Shown here: in pieces, positions 22,379 through 32,781 of the stretch | Position numbering within the stretch: position 1 is the stretch's first letter | Layout: the number at the start of each line of letters is the position of its first letter | From: Candidatus Arcticimaribacter sp. | GTDB lineage: Bacteria > Bacteroidota > Bacteroidia > Flavobacteriales > Flavobacteriaceae | DNA: 64,000 nucleotides | Direction: 5' to 3' | Assembly (NCBI GenBank): GCA_965662875.1 | Contig: CBFIJA010000002.1 | Span: forward strand, 5,921 to 69,920 | Made by a program: the position numbers and the translations under genes | The notes under the pieces: model-generated | Told to the model about the DNA's origin: nothing | The model's database searches: none | The model's input: only the letters and a program-made list of their open reading frames with translations

Positions 22379-23653
22379 CTATTGTTTTTCAACAACTCCG
22401 TTCTTCATTACAAAACTAATGCCTTCTAATGTATGGATGTTTTCTAAAGCATTTTCATCTGAGGCGACTATGTCTGCGTAAAAACCAGGAGCCAGTTGAC
22501 CCAAGTTATTCTCTTCTTCTAATATTTTAGCATTGACTACGGTTGCCGCTTGGATCGCCTCTACTGCTGGCATTCCTACCGCTGTCATGAACCCAAATTC
22601 CTTTGCGTTTTCACCATGGGGAGATACCCCTGCGTCTGTTCCAAAAGCAATGGGAACCCCTGCCTTATAGGCATTGGCAAAAGTAGCCTGTATTTGTGCC
22701 CCAATTTTTTTCGCCTTTGGGACAATAACCTCGGGGTAATATCCTTTTATTTTGGCTTTTTCTGCAACAAATTTTCCAGCGCTAATGGTGGGAACCAAAT
22801 ACGCATTTTTTTGGATCATTAAATTCATTGTTCGTGCAGAAATAAGTGTCCCATGTTCAATGGTTTTTACTCCGTTGGCTACTGCACGAAACATGCCTTC
22901 ATCTCCGTGTGCGTGCGCAGCAACTTGCATCCCATAATCTTTTGCAGTTTGCGCGATGACCCGAATTTCTTCATTGGTGAATTGAGGGTTTTCCCCACTC
23001 TTTGCAACACTTAGCACACCACCTGTGGCAGTAATTTTAATCCAATCTGCTCCGTTCTTATAACGTTGACGTACTGCCTTTCTAGCATCATCTATGGAAT
23101 TCACAACGCCTTCTTTAGGTCCAGGATCTCCCTGTATTGATGCTTTATTTCCATTGGTAGGATCTCCATGTCCTCCGGTTGACGATAATATTTTACCCGC
23201 AGTATAAATTCTTGGACCTTTTACCTTACCCGCCTGAATTGCATTGCGTAAAGCAATATTAACTCCTGAACCGCCCAAATCACGAACCGTTGTAAATCCC
23301 CCTAACAATGTACGCTGAGCAAAGACCTGTGCATCGTAAGCTATATCAGCATCGTTTAAACGATATCGGTCCAAGTATTTTTGAGGATTACTTTCACTTT
23401 CTATATGAACATGCAAATCTATAAAACCAGGATACACCGTTTTATCTTTTAAGTTTATTACTCTATCCTCAGCGCCAGGGGTGATGTAACCTGGAACAAC
23501 ATCTTTTATTCTTTCTCCTTCAACGATAATGGTTTGCTGATTTTTAATTTGGCCGGATGTGCTGTCAAATAGTTTCCCACAATGAAGATATGTGTTCTGT
23601 GCCGTAAGGCTGAGCGTAAAGAGAGTAACTAAAAGGCTAAGCTTATTTTTCAT
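22379..23653 (-). CDS. secreted metal-dependent amidohydrolase
   Basis: 424 aa. Signal peptide, the FIDLHVHIE metal-binding motif and the AHAHG region. Confidence 0.8.
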   Translation of the reverse strand: MKNKLSLLVTLFTLSLTAQNTYLHCGKLFDSTSGQIKNQQTIIVEGERIKDVVPGYITPGAEDRVINLKDKTVYPGFIDLHVHIESESNPQKYLDRYRLNDADIAYDAQVFAQRTLLGGFTTVRDLGGSGVNIALRNAIQAGKVKGPRIYTAGKILSSTGGHGDPTNGNKASIQGDPGPKEGVVNSIDDARKAVRQRYKNGADWIKITATGGVLSVAKSGENPQFTNEEIRVIAQTAKDYGMQVAAHAHGDEGMFRAVANGVKTIEHGTLISARTMNLMIQKNAYLVPTISAGKFVAEKAKIKGYYPEVIVPKAKKIGAQIQATFANAYKAGVPIAFGTDAGVSPHGENAKEFGFMTAVGMPAVEAIQAATVVNAKILEEENNLGQLAPGFYADIVASDENALENIHTLEGISFVMKNGVVEKQ

Positions 23654-23715
23654 TGTTTAAATTTTCCGTGGAAGATAACATTTTCTTGTAGCTTTGCCCT
23701 TAAACCATTCCTCTT

Positions 23716-24528
23716 TTGAAGAAAAAAATATTGAATCTGTTTGCACGATTGTTTCCCAATCTATTCATTAACAGAGCCTATAAAGCCCTAACAACACCTC
23801 GAAGCTTCCCTTTAAAATCCCATGAAAAAGAACTTTTAGAAAAATCCGAATGCCGTCGTTTTTCCTTTGAAGAATTTGACATTCAAACCTACCGCTGGGG
23901 AAAAGGTAAAAAAACCATTCTCTTGGTACACGGCTGGGAAGGCAATGCAGGAAACTTTGCGTATTTAATTCCGCTTTTGGTAGATAATGGCTTTACTGTA
24001 ATTGCGTTTGATGGGCCATCACATGGAAATAGCAGTAAAGGAAGTACGAGTTTATATGCTTTTATTCAGCTGACGAGACAGTTGTTAAAAAGTGAAAAGA
24101 TTCATCACGTTATCAGTCACTCCTTTGGCAGTGTGGCAGCTCTAATTTCTTTGGGGGGAGCACCTGAAATAAAAATCGAAAAATATGTTGGCATAACCGT
24201 CCCCAACAAATTCAAGGAACGAATGGAAGAAGTTGTTCAGTTTTTAGGATTGCCTTATCGTATTGTTACTGGATTGATAGCGAGAATCGAAGCCAACGGA
24301 AACATTGTTGTTGACGACATTAATGTTGCCGATTATGCCCCGAGATCTTCTGTAAAAAAAGCGCTGTTACTTCACGATGTAGATGATCGCGTCCTTCCCA
24401 TAAAAAAAACAGAAGAAGTAGCAAAAGCCTGGCCCATTGCAAAGCTTATTCGCATTAAAAACACCGGGCACTTTAAAATTTTAAAATCCGCAGAAGTAGG
24501 ACAACACATTATTGACTTCCTTCTTTAA
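23716..24528 (+). CDS. alpha/beta hydrolase
   Basis: 270 aa. HGWEGN oxyanion region and the SHSFGS nucleophile elbow. Confidence 0.7.
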   Translation: MKKKILNLFARLFPNLFINRAYKALTTPRSFPLKSHEKELLEKSECRRFSFEEFDIQTYRWGKGKKTILLVHGWEGNAGNFAYLIPLLVDNGFTVIAFDGPSHGNSSKGSTSLYAFIQLTRQLLKSEKIHHVISHSFGSVAALISLGGAPEIKIEKYVGITVPNKFKERMEEVVQFLGLPYRIVTGLIARIEANGNIVVDDINVADYAPRSSVKKALLLHDVDDRVLPIKKTEEVAKAWPIAKLIRIKNTGHFKILKSAEVGQHIIDFLL

Positions 24529-25658
24529 TGCGCTAAAAAGTCTAAGATATTTTGCGCTATACATTCAATTTGCTCAACCTCTAACTCCGAATGCATGGGC
24601 AATGAAATCACTTCTTTCACCAATTGATTTGTTACGGTAAAATTCTCTTCTTTAAAGCGTTCGTCTTGGTAGGCTTTTTGTGCATGCAAAGGAACAGGAT
24701 AATAAATTCCACACGGAATTTTTCGTTCATTTAAGTACTGTACCAATCCATCACGATCATGATTAATGATGCGTAAAGTGTATTGATGAAATACATGGGC
24801 GTCACAGTCCCAAGCGCGGTAAGGGGTGATGATATTTGGGTGACCTTCTAAAAGAGCAGTATAGCGAAGCGCTGCCTCTTTTCTTCGTTCATTGTAAAAG
24901 TCCAAATAGTTTAGTTTCACCTTTAAAACCGCAGCTTGCAAGCTATCTAAACGCGAATTTACTCCGACAACATCGTGGTAATAACGCTTGTACATGCCAT
25001 GGTTTACAATCCCCCGAATGTAATGCGCTAAATCATCATCTTGGGTGAAAATAGCGCCACCGTCTCCGTAAGCGCCTAAATTTTTTGAAGGGAAAAAAGA
25101 AGTTGCAGCTACATGGCCAAGCGTTCCTGTTTTTGCTTTTCTTCCGTCCTTAAAGGTATAGGTAGACCCGATGCCCTGCGCGTTGTCTTCTACCACATAT
25201 AAATTGTGTCTTTCAGCGATGTCTAAAATTGTTTCCATGTCCGCAACTTGTCCAAAGAGATGGACCGGTATAATGGCCTTTGTTTTGGGGGTAATGGCTT
25301 CTTCAATTTTTTTAGGATCAATATTAAACGTTTTGGGATCAACATCTACTAAAATCGGTTTTAACCTAAGTAGAGCAATAACTTCAACGGTGGCTGCAAA
25401 AGTAAAATCTGCAGTAATCACCTCATCACCTGGCTGAAGCCCCAAGCCCATCAATGCAATTTGAAGGGCATCCGTACCGTTGGCACAAGGAATTACATGC
25501 GCTACATCCAAGTATTTTTCCAAATCCTCCTGAAAGGCTTTGACAGCTGGGCCATTGATGAAACTTGTTGTTTCCAAGACTTTATTCATCTCTTCTGTGA
25601 CCTGAGGCTGGATAAAATCATACTGCCCCTTTAAGTCCACCATTCGGATTTCTTTCAT
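24525..25658 (-). CDS. DegT/DnrJ/EryC1/StrS family sugar aminotransferase
   Basis: Family pattern FE..L..Y...H.I.CANGTDAL and the SFFPSKNLG PLP Lys. Start set at MKEIRMVDLKGQY (ATG 25658). Confidence 0.85.
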   Translation of the reverse strand: MKEIRMVDLKGQYDFIQPQVTEEMNKVLETTSFINGPAVKAFQEDLEKYLDVAHVIPCANGTDALQIALMGLGLQPGDEVITADFTFAATVEVIALLRLKPILVDVDPKTFNIDPKKIEEAITPKTKAIIPVHLFGQVADMETILDIAERHNLYVVEDNAQGIGSTYTFKDGRKAKTGTLGHVAATSFFPSKNLGAYGDGGAIFTQDDDLAHYIRGIVNHGMYKRYYHDVVGVNSRLDSLQAAVLKVKLNYLDFYNERRKEAALRYTALLEGHPNIITPYRAWDCDAHVFHQYTLRIINHDRDGLVQYLNERKIPCGIYYPVPLHAQKAYQDERFKEENFTVTNQLVKEVISLPMHSELEVEQIECIAQNILDFLAH

Positions 25659-25734
25659 TGTAGAATCTTTTTGAACAAATTTAAAAAAAGGAAATCGCTT
25701 TTTCAGTCGAAGAGGAAAAACTATTTTTGTTACG

Positions 25735-26970
25735 ATGTTCCTCACCCTCTACTCCATTGTTTACGAGTTCGCCTTTCGCTTGGCACAAATCGCCTCTGTT
25801 TTTTCACCAAAAGTGAAGGAGTTTTTAAACCAGCGCAATCAATGGAAATCCAGCCTCTTTTTTCCTGAAAAATCAAAATACAATAAGACTGTTTTTTGGT
25901 TTCATACAGCCTCTCTTGGGGAGTTTGAACAAGCCCGCCCCTTGATTGAGAAATACCGGAAAACCTACCCAAATGCTTTTATTGCCCTCACTTTTTTTTC
26001 TGCTTCGGGCTACTCGGTTCAGCAAAAATATTCTGAAGTAGATTGGGTCGGCTACCTTCCCTTGGACCGAAAAAAAGATGCATCTGAATTTATTGATCGA
26101 TTGAATCCCAATGCCTTATTTTTAGTGAAATATGAATTTTGGCCACGTCTCATTTTAAGCCTCAAACAGAAAAACATCCCAGTCTATTCCATCTCTAGTA
26201 TTTTTCGACCCGCCCAACTTTTTTTTAAACCTTGGCATTTTGGAATGCGAAAAGTACTTAAAGCCATTGATCATTTTTTTGTACAGAATAAGACTTCCGT
26301 TCAATTACTTAATGGCATTGATATAGACAAGGTGACCCTAAGCGGTGATACACGTTTTGATCGTGTTTTGGACATTGCCGATCAAAAAATAGATTTACCC
26401 AAAATCAAAGCCTTTATACAGGGAGATTTTTGTTTTGTCGCTGGAAGCACTTGGCCAGAGGATCACGCTGTGATTTTACCTCCTGTACAAAAAGAGGAAA
26501 TTAAAATCATCATTGCCCCCCACAAAATTGATGAAAACACCCTTACAAACATTGAAGAAAAACTAATTCTTCCTTTCACCCGGTGGAGTAAATTCCAAGC
26601 ATCAGATTCAGCTAAAAATATTTTAATACTGGATTGCATAGGCCTTTTAAGCAAGGTATATGCATATGCAGATGCCGTTTATGTAGGGGGTGGATTGGGA
26701 AACAGTGGTTTACACAACACCTTAGAACCTGCTGTTTTTGGTATCCCATTAATTATAGGACCAAACTATGATAAATTTGACGAGGCTATTGCCTTGGTCA
26801 ATAATAAAGGAACTTTTAGCATCAACAACAGCAAAGATTTTGAAATTATCCTAAAAGAACTTTTGAGCTCAGGTGCCCAATGCAAAGCAATAGGAGAACG
26901 AAACATAAACCTTGTAAAAAAACGAGCTGGTGCGGTCAATCAGATATTTTCCGCCTTAAATCAAAAGTAA
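25735..26970 (+). CDS. waaA: 3-deoxy-D-manno-octulosonic acid (Kdo) transferase
   Basis: 411 aa. WFHTASLGEFEQARPLIE is the typical KdtA N-terminal domain, followed by a C-terminal GT-B fold region. Confidence 0.8.
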   Translation: MFLTLYSIVYEFAFRLAQIASVFSPKVKEFLNQRNQWKSSLFFPEKSKYNKTVFWFHTASLGEFEQARPLIEKYRKTYPNAFIALTFFSASGYSVQQKYSEVDWVGYLPLDRKKDASEFIDRLNPNALFLVKYEFWPRLILSLKQKNIPVYSISSIFRPAQLFFKPWHFGMRKVLKAIDHFFVQNKTSVQLLNGIDIDKVTLSGDTRFDRVLDIADQKIDLPKIKAFIQGDFCFVAGSTWPEDHAVILPPVQKEEIKIIIAPHKIDENTLTNIEEKLILPFTRWSKFQASDSAKNILILDCIGLLSKVYAYADAVYVGGGLGNSGLHNTLEPAVFGIPLIIGPNYDKFDEAIALVNNKGTFSINNSKDFEIILKELLSSGAQCKAIGERNINLVKKRAGAVNQIFSALNQK

Positions 26971-27012
26971 AGTTGAACTTATTGCGTATTTTGCAGTTAT
27001 AATTTTTTTATA

Positions 27013-28059
27013 ATGAATAAAGTAGCATTTTTTTCCTTTTTTCTTCTTAGCATTTCCATTTTATTTGGGCAAGATAAATCGCCTAATATTATTTTCATGA
27101 TCGGGGACGGAACCGGTCTATCTCAGATAACTGCAGGAATGTATGCCAACGGAAATCAAACTGCTTTAGAAGCTTTTGATGTCATTGGTCTTTCCAAAAC
27201 ACATTCGGCAAATAACCTAGTTACTGACTCTGCCGCAAGTGGTACAGCAATGGCTTGTGGAATAAAAACATTCAATGGTGTAATTGGAATAGATTTAAAA
27301 AACAAAAAGCAACCTTCCATTTTAGAAATTGCCACTGAAAAAGGATATTCCTCTGGACTCATAGCAACTTCTAGTATAGTGCACGCTACTCCTGCTTCTT
27401 TTTATGCTAAAGTAACTTCTAGAAGAAAATACCAAGAAATTGCGCGACAGCTGAGTGAAAGCGATGTTGATTTTTTTATCGGAGGTGGTAAAAAACATTT
27501 TATACGCAGAGACGACAAAAGAAATATTTTGGATGAGATGCCTTCTTTTGATTTTGTTGACCGCCTTGAAGATTTTGAAAAAAGTACCGCCGATAAAATT
27601 GGTCTTTTTACCAATATGGATGAACCTTTACCCGTTGTGGAAGGAAGAAAACCAGCACTGAAAGATGCGGTTAGCGCAATGCTAAAAAAATTAGATCAGC
27701 AGGAACAACCCTTTTTCTTGCTGGTAGAAGGATCTCAAATTGATTGGGGAGGACACGCAAACGATTTAAATTACATCCTATCTGAATTCAAGGATTTTGA
27801 TGGTGCAATTCAAGAAGTATTAAACTATTTAAAAGAGCACCCCAACACGCTTCTTGTGGTTACAGCAGATCACGAGACGGGTGGATTAGGCATCGACAGT
27901 GGGAACATAAAAAATTTTAAACCACGAGGTGGTTTCGTCACCAAAGGACATACTGCCACTATGGTTCCTGTGTTTGCTATTGGTGTAGGGGCAAAAAAAT
28001 ATAGCGGCATTTATGACAACACCGCTATATTTTCTAAAATGAAAGAAGTTCTAGAATAG
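27013..28059 (+). CDS. alkaline phosphatase family protein (secreted)
   Basis: 348 aa. Signal peptide, MIGDGTGLSQ, the DSAASGTAMA active-site Ser region and TADHETGG. Confidence 0.85.
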   Translation: MNKVAFFSFFLLSISILFGQDKSPNIIFMIGDGTGLSQITAGMYANGNQTALEAFDVIGLSKTHSANNLVTDSAASGTAMACGIKTFNGVIGIDLKNKKQPSILEIATEKGYSSGLIATSSIVHATPASFYAKVTSRRKYQEIARQLSESDVDFFIGGGKKHFIRRDDKRNILDEMPSFDFVDRLEDFEKSTADKIGLFTNMDEPLPVVEGRKPALKDAVSAMLKKLDQQEQPFFLLVEGSQIDWGGHANDLNYILSEFKDFDGAIQEVLNYLKEHPNTLLVVTADHETGGLGIDSGNIKNFKPRGGFVTKGHTATMVPVFAIGVGAKKYSGIYDNTAIFSKMKEVLE

Positions 28060-28062
28060 AAC

Positions 28063-29070
28063 TTATTTTGTTCTGGCTTCGCTAATCACTTTTTTCTTGA
28101 AGGAAGCTTCATTTTCAATGACCTCGTAAAAACTTTCAATGTAAGCATAAGCATCATTGAACTCTTTGGGATCATCAAAATCGCTTTCATAGCCTTTTAT
28201 AATGCCTAACATTTCTTCTTTTTTATCCAAAAAGAGTTGACGCACCGCCATAAAGTCTGCTTCATCTCTAGCAAAACCTCTATACTGGCGGTCGGTAATT
28301 TTTGTGATTTTCAATGTAGGATTTACGACAGCATAACTAGGATTGATAAATCCAGTCATATCAAAATCATACGGCAAAGGAATAATTTTCTTCCCGATAT
28401 ACAACAATTTCCCATTGTGCTGATAAGCCACTGAAAAGTCTGTATTCCCAACCATGTATTGAAATAAAGCATTTTTTATAGAAGACTGACTGTCCATTGC
28501 CAAAGGATGAATAAAACGCTCAAATACTTTTCCATCATGAGTTTTCGCAACATTTTTATCGTCTTCAATCAAAAAACCAACCAATTGTGAAGTCACTGGT
28601 TTTTTCTTATTCAAATCAGTAAATTCAATCGCTACTCTTCTTGTTCTAAAGTGATATGGGTTGATCAAAGCATACATTTTGTAAATCATCAACTCTTTAA
28701 GAATGTTGTCATTCTTATCTTTTTGCTGTAAACAAGGGAGCACTAATTTTAGTTTTTTCTGTCCTTTAAAAATAGTACCGCTTCGCTGATCTTTTTTAAT
28801 TTCGACTTTTATAGGAGGATAATAACAAGTGGAACGTCTGAAGTTTCCTCGAGCGCGAATTCCAATCTTAATGGAATTCCAATCCTCTCCAGATTCTTTG
28901 TACTCCATCTGAGCGTCATAAAATAAAGTATCTACTTTACTCTTCTTTAACTTTTTGGGTGAGAATGCCAGTTTTACCTCTAAAGGCTCGTTTGAGGAGA
29001 ATAATGCCGGAGTTTCCTTTTGCGCAAAGATTATTGCAGAACAAAAGAATAGGATTATAAATTGTTTCAT
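28063..29070 (-). CDS. secreted hypothetical protein (possibly CotH-like)
   Basis: Signal peptide MKQFIILFFCSAIIFAQ. The IRARGNFRR...KKLKLVL...LKE.MIYKMY pattern loosely resembles CotH. Low certainty. Confidence 0.45.
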   Translation of the reverse strand: MKQFIILFFCSAIIFAQKETPALFSSNEPLEVKLAFSPKKLKKSKVDTLFYDAQMEYKESGEDWNSIKIGIRARGNFRRSTCYYPPIKVEIKKDQRSGTIFKGQKKLKLVLPCLQQKDKNDNILKELMIYKMYALINPYHFRTRRVAIEFTDLNKKKPVTSQLVGFLIEDDKNVAKTHDGKVFERFIHPLAMDSQSSIKNALFQYMVGNTDFSVAYQHNGKLLYIGKKIIPLPYDFDMTGFINPSYAVVNPTLKITKITDRQYRGFARDEADFMAVRQLFLDKKEEMLGIIKGYESDFDDPKEFNDAYAYIESFYEVIENEASFKKKVISEARTK

Positions 29071-29077
29071 ATATTGC

Positions 29078-29857
29078 ATGTATATAGTTAATAAAGTTAA
29101 ATATACTAAATCTACATATAAAGTGAATCAGTATTTCTCGATTATAAACCACAGAACATTAATTACCCTTTTCATTTCGTTAGTTGTTCCTTATATCTGT
29201 TACCACTTTAAAATTGTCTATAACATTGACCTAACCCTAATTTCCATTGCCATTATTTTTCCCTTGGTTTTTGCGATTCGCGGTGCTTTTAAAAGAAGAG
29301 AAAAAGGTTTGGAACACATGAGTAAGTTTAGAAGTGCGTTAATCTCCATGCAGTACACTATAAATGGTTCTAAACTCATTGAAGAACAAAAAGCGGAAAT
29401 GAATAATATCGTTTTAAACATCAGCAAAACTTTATTGTCATACCTAAAGGGAGAAATCGAAAACCAATCAGCTGTTGACTTAGCCTTTCGTAAACTAGAA
29501 AGCTATTTATTGACAAATGAAGAAACCGTTTCCAACAGTACAAAAGGGAAACTCTATGGGTTTCTTCAAAAAGCACATGAAGGCGCGGAAAATTGCATGG
29601 CCATTCATATCCATAGAACACCCATCAGCTTAAAAGCCTATTGTAAAGTTTTTATTTATATATTTCCAATGATATATACCCCCACCATCATCAATAAAAT
29701 TGGGTTTGACAATCCTGAATGGCTCACCTATTTTGTTGTAATTTTAAGTGAATTTATTCTCATATCACTCTACAATATCCAAGATGACATGGAATATCCT
29801 TTTGATGATCAAGGGCTAGATGACATCAAATTAGATGAATTTAAATTGGAAAGATAA
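29078..29857 (+). CDS. membrane protein, bestrophin/UPF0187-like
   Basis: About 259 aa from ATG 29078. TM helices, the HRTPISLKAY region and the C-terminal EYPFDDQGLDDIKLD resemble bestrophin-family channels. The ORF-track start at 28955 overlaps the divergent gene. Confidence 0.45.
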   Translation: MYIVNKVKYTKSTYKVNQYFSIINHRTLITLFISLVVPYICYHFKIVYNIDLTLISIAIIFPLVFAIRGAFKRREKGLEHMSKFRSALISMQYTINGSKLIEEQKAEMNNIVLNISKTLLSYLKGEIENQSAVDLAFRKLESYLLTNEETVSNSTKGKLYGFLQKAHEGAENCMAIHIHRTPISLKAYCKVFIYIFPMIYTPTIINKIGFDNPEWLTYFVVILSEFILISLYNIQDDMEYPFDDQGLDDIKLDEFKLER

Positions 29858-29865
29858 GGCATCAC

Positions 29866-29890
29866 CCTTTAGCGTGCTAAAGGTTTTTTT
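29866..29890 (+). terminator. intrinsic terminator
   Basis: CCTTTAG-CGTG-CTAAAGG followed by T7. Confidence 0.6.
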
Positions 29891-30033
29891 ATTCTCTACC
29901 GACAATTTTTAGTGTTCTTGGACAATACGTAGCCCTCTTCATGCCCCATAAAATGTCCAATTTCAAGCATCAAGACTGCGGGAAAACAAGCGTTCATATA
30001 ACTTGCAATAGCTATATCCTTAAACTTATATTT

Positions 30034-30066
30034 AAATAAAAAAACCTCAGCTTTCACTGAGGTTTT
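30034..30066 (-). terminator. intrinsic terminator after tRNA-Leu
   Basis: Hairpin ACCTCAG-CTTTCA-CTGAGGT. On the minus strand it is followed by TTTTTTTATTT. Confidence 0.6.
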
Positions 30067-30067
30067 G

Positions 30068-30149
30068 TGCGGGTGAAGGGACTCGAACCCCCACGCCGTG
30101 AAGCACTAGATCCTAAATCTAGCGTGTCTACCAATTTCACCACACCCGC
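30068..30149 (-). tRNA. tRNA-Leu (anticodon TAG)
   Basis: Hand-folded sequence GCGGGTG-TG-GTGAAATTGGTAGACAC-G-CTAGA-TTTAGGA-TCTAG-long variable arm-GGGGGTTCGAGTCCCTT-CACCCGC-A. The acceptor and anticodon stems pair perfectly. Confidence 0.9.
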
Positions 30150-30257
30150 GTGTTTTATAGACGGGCACAAATATAAAGAAGTTTTTATTAAAAAAATTTT
30201 TTACTCTCTAAAAAACTCAAATATTTGTTGTGTAAAGATAATTTATACATTTTCTAT

Positions 30258-31649
30258 ATGGTACACCTGAATAAAGATGAAAAAGAGCGCTACTTGGCCG
30301 AACTGATTGCATTGTTAAAAATCCCTTCGATTAGTGCAGATTCACACTATACCCCACAGATCAGAGAAACAGCTGAATGGGTAGAAAAAGCCTTACAAAA
30401 AGCTGGCTGTACCACCACTGAAATCATCGAAACCAAAGGTCATCCTATTGTTTATGGAGAGCGTATTTTTGATCCCTCTGCTCCTACTGTTTTGGTCTAT
30501 GGTCATTATGACGTACAACCCCCAGATCCACTTGACCTATGGGACAGTGCACCCTTTGAACCAGTGGTAAAACCGACAGCATTGCATCCGGAAGGTGCAC
30601 TATTTGCACGTGGCGCATGCGATGATAAAGGACAAATGTATATGCACATCAAGGCGTTTGAATGGATGGTGAAAAACAATCAGCTTCCTTGCAATGTGAA
30701 ATTTATGATCGAAGGTGAAGAAGAGGTCGGAAGCGACAACTTGGAAACCTTTATCGTTGATGCAAAAGAAAAACTCACCAATGATGTTATTCTGATTTCG
30801 GATACCGGAATGATCAGCAATGATCAACCCTCTATAACAACGGGCTTGCGCGGGCTAACCTACATGGAAGTAACCCTTACAGGACCCAACAGAGACCTTC
30901 ACTCCGGCTTGTATGGAGGTGCAGTTGCCAACCCAATCAATATTTTGAGTAAAATGATCGCTCAATTGCATGACGAAGACAACCACATTACAATTCCAGG
31001 GTTCTATGAAGGTGTCACTGAACTTTCATTGCAAGAGCGAAAAGAAATGGCCCAAGCCCCTTTTGATCTTGAACACTATAAAAATGAAATTGGCTTAGGC
31101 GATATATGGGGAGAGAAAGGATACACCACGGCAGAACACACCTCAATACGTCCTAGCTTAGATGTCAATGGCATTTGGGGAGGATATACTGGGGAAGGCG
31201 CTAAAACGGTTATTCCAAGTAAAGCCCATGCAAAAATATCAATGCGCTTGGTACCGGGACAAGACTGGGAAAAAATTGCCGATCTTTTTGAAGCACATTT
31301 TAAAGCAATAGCTCCTAAAAGTGTAAAGGTAGAGATTACCCGTCACCATGGAGGAGAACCCTATGTTACACCCATTGACAATATCGGTTATCAAGCAGCA
31401 CATAAAGCCTATAGCGATACCTTTAGCACAGCTCCTATCCCTGTCCGAGGGGGTGGAAGTATTCCGATTGTTCCTTTATTTGAAAAAGTACTGGGCAGTA
31501 AAAGTGTATTGATGGGTTTCGGACTGGACAGTGATGCCATCCACTCGCCCAATGAACACTTTGGGCTTTTTAACTTTTACAAAGGCATAGAAACCATTCC
31601 TTTGTTTTACAAATACTTTTCCGCCCTAAAATCAGAAACTAAAGATTAA
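30258..31649 (+). CDS. M20 family dipeptidase / metallohydrolase
   Basis: HYDVQP and the GACDDKGQ metal-binding motifs, plus EGEEEVGS. Start set at MVHLNKDEK (ATG 30258). Confidence 0.85.
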   Translation: MVHLNKDEKERYLAELIALLKIPSISADSHYTPQIRETAEWVEKALQKAGCTTTEIIETKGHPIVYGERIFDPSAPTVLVYGHYDVQPPDPLDLWDSAPFEPVVKPTALHPEGALFARGACDDKGQMYMHIKAFEWMVKNNQLPCNVKFMIEGEEEVGSDNLETFIVDAKEKLTNDVILISDTGMISNDQPSITTGLRGLTYMEVTLTGPNRDLHSGLYGGAVANPINILSKMIAQLHDEDNHITIPGFYEGVTELSLQERKEMAQAPFDLEHYKNEIGLGDIWGEKGYTTAEHTSIRPSLDVNGIWGGYTGEGAKTVIPSKAHAKISMRLVPGQDWEKIADLFEAHFKAIAPKSVKVEITRHHGGEPYVTPIDNIGYQAAHKAYSDTFSTAPIPVRGGGSIPIVPLFEKVLGSKSVLMGFGLDSDAIHSPNEHFGLFNFYKGIETIPLFYKYFSALKSETKD

Positions 31650-32769
31650 TCAAAAATAAATCTGAAGCCAAGCCGTCAACCAAAAATTTCCCTTGACGGC
31701 TAACCCGCAAGAAATCGCCATCCCAAAAAAGAAAACGGTTTTGGACTCCTTCTTGAGCCATTTCTTCAAGTAGAGCCCCGTAACGCACTCCAAATTTTGA
31801 GTTTATTTCAGCCAAAGAAACTCCTGCTTGCGTCCTTAAACGTGTCATTATGTATTCGTTATAGTGGTCAATTAGACTGAGGTTTTCTCTTGTAATGGGT
31901 AAGGTGTCAGCGTTTATGGATTTGATGTATTTAGGATTATTGGAAACATTCCAACTCCTTTGATCCCCATCAAAACTATGCGCGGAAGGGCCAATCCCCA
32001 AATAAGGTTCTCCCTTCCAATAAGAAGAATTATTAACAGAATGAAAATTAGGTTTTCCAAAATTTGAAAGCTCATAATGCTCATAACCCGCTTTTTCCAA
32101 TACATCAACCATACGGTCAAATTGTTCTGCAACTTTTTCTTCTTCCAAAAGTGTGATGTCTTTTTTATCAACTTTATGCGCCAGAAGCGTTTTCGGTTCT
32201 ACCGTCAAAGCATAACTGGAAATATGAGGGGGTGCATAGGATAGTGCACGTGCTAAATTCTCTGTCCATGAATGCAGACTGCTTTGCGGCATGCCATAAA
32301 TAAGATCCAATGAGAAATTTTCAAAATGCGATGTCGCTGCTTTTAAAACTTCATGACACTGACTAACACTGTGCGCACGATTCATCATGTTCAATTCTTC
32401 TTCAAAAAAGGACTGCACTCCGATGCTTAAACGATTTACTCCCACCGTTTTCAGCTGGGAAAAATACCCTGACACATAATCGTCGGGATTCATCTCAAGG
32501 GATATTTCGGGGTTTGGAACAACAATAAAAAACTGATTAACAGCTTCAATAAATTCAGCAATCTCCTTGGGGGATAACAAAGACGGTGTACCGCCTCCAA
32601 AATAGATGCTCTCGATTTTGTGGTGTCGTAATTCATCTTTTCGCAAATCCAACTCTTTGAGCATACTCAAAAGCAGTTCCCGTTTATTTTTCATTTGCGT
32701 AGAGAAATGAAAATTACAATAGTCGCAAGCTTGTTTGCAAAAAGGAATGTGAAAATAAATACCGGCCAT
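31639..32769 (-). CDS. hemW: radical SAM heme chaperone HemW (HemN-like, oxygen-independent coproporphyrinogen oxidase family)
   Basis: 376 aa. The N-terminal IYFHIPFCKQACDYCNF contains a CxxxCxxC cluster motif. Confidence 0.85.
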   Translation of the reverse strand: MAGIYFHIPFCKQACDYCNFHFSTQMKNKRELLLSMLKELDLRKDELRHHKIESIYFGGGTPSLLSPKEIAEFIEAVNQFFIVVPNPEISLEMNPDDYVSGYFSQLKTVGVNRLSIGVQSFFEEELNMMNRAHSVSQCHEVLKAATSHFENFSLDLIYGMPQSSLHSWTENLARALSYAPPHISSYALTVEPKTLLAHKVDKKDITLLEEEKVAEQFDRMVDVLEKAGYEHYELSNFGKPNFHSVNNSSYWKGEPYLGIGPSAHSFDGDQRSWNVSNNPKYIKSINADTLPITRENLSLIDHYNEYIMTRLRTQAGVSLAEINSKFGVRYGALLEEMAQEGVQNRFLFWDGDFLRVSRQGKFLVDGLASDLFLINL

Positions 32770-32781
32770 ACGAATTTCCGT

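Noticed and set aside
29082-29088. 7-nt match (ATATAGT) to the repeat-proximal end of the guide-like RNA, in the divergent promoter region between the CotH-like and bestrophin-like genes.
   Set aside because: A 7-mer is expected several times by chance in 128 kb of AT-rich sequence, and the identity does not extend further.
29930-30035. 35-codon ORF on the minus strand (MNACFPAVLMLEIGHFMGHEEGYVLSKNTKNCR) in the gap upstream of tRNA-Leu.
   Set aside because: It has no promoter or terminator logic and no recognisable family. It is probably a chance ORF or the remnant of a degraded gene.
30040-30066. The hairpins flanking the two tRNA genes share the AAACCTCA...TGAGGTTTT arms (30040-30066 and 47397-47421). 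I considered a small repeat family or REP-like element.
   Set aside because: There are only two copies, their loops and stem lengths differ, and both are fully explained as intrinsic terminators.
30067-30270. 67-aa ORF overlapping tRNA-Leu. The 89-aa ORF at 47244..47513 overlapping tRNA-Val is the same kind of case.
   Set aside because: Both are translations through tRNA genes and terminators, so they are spurious.
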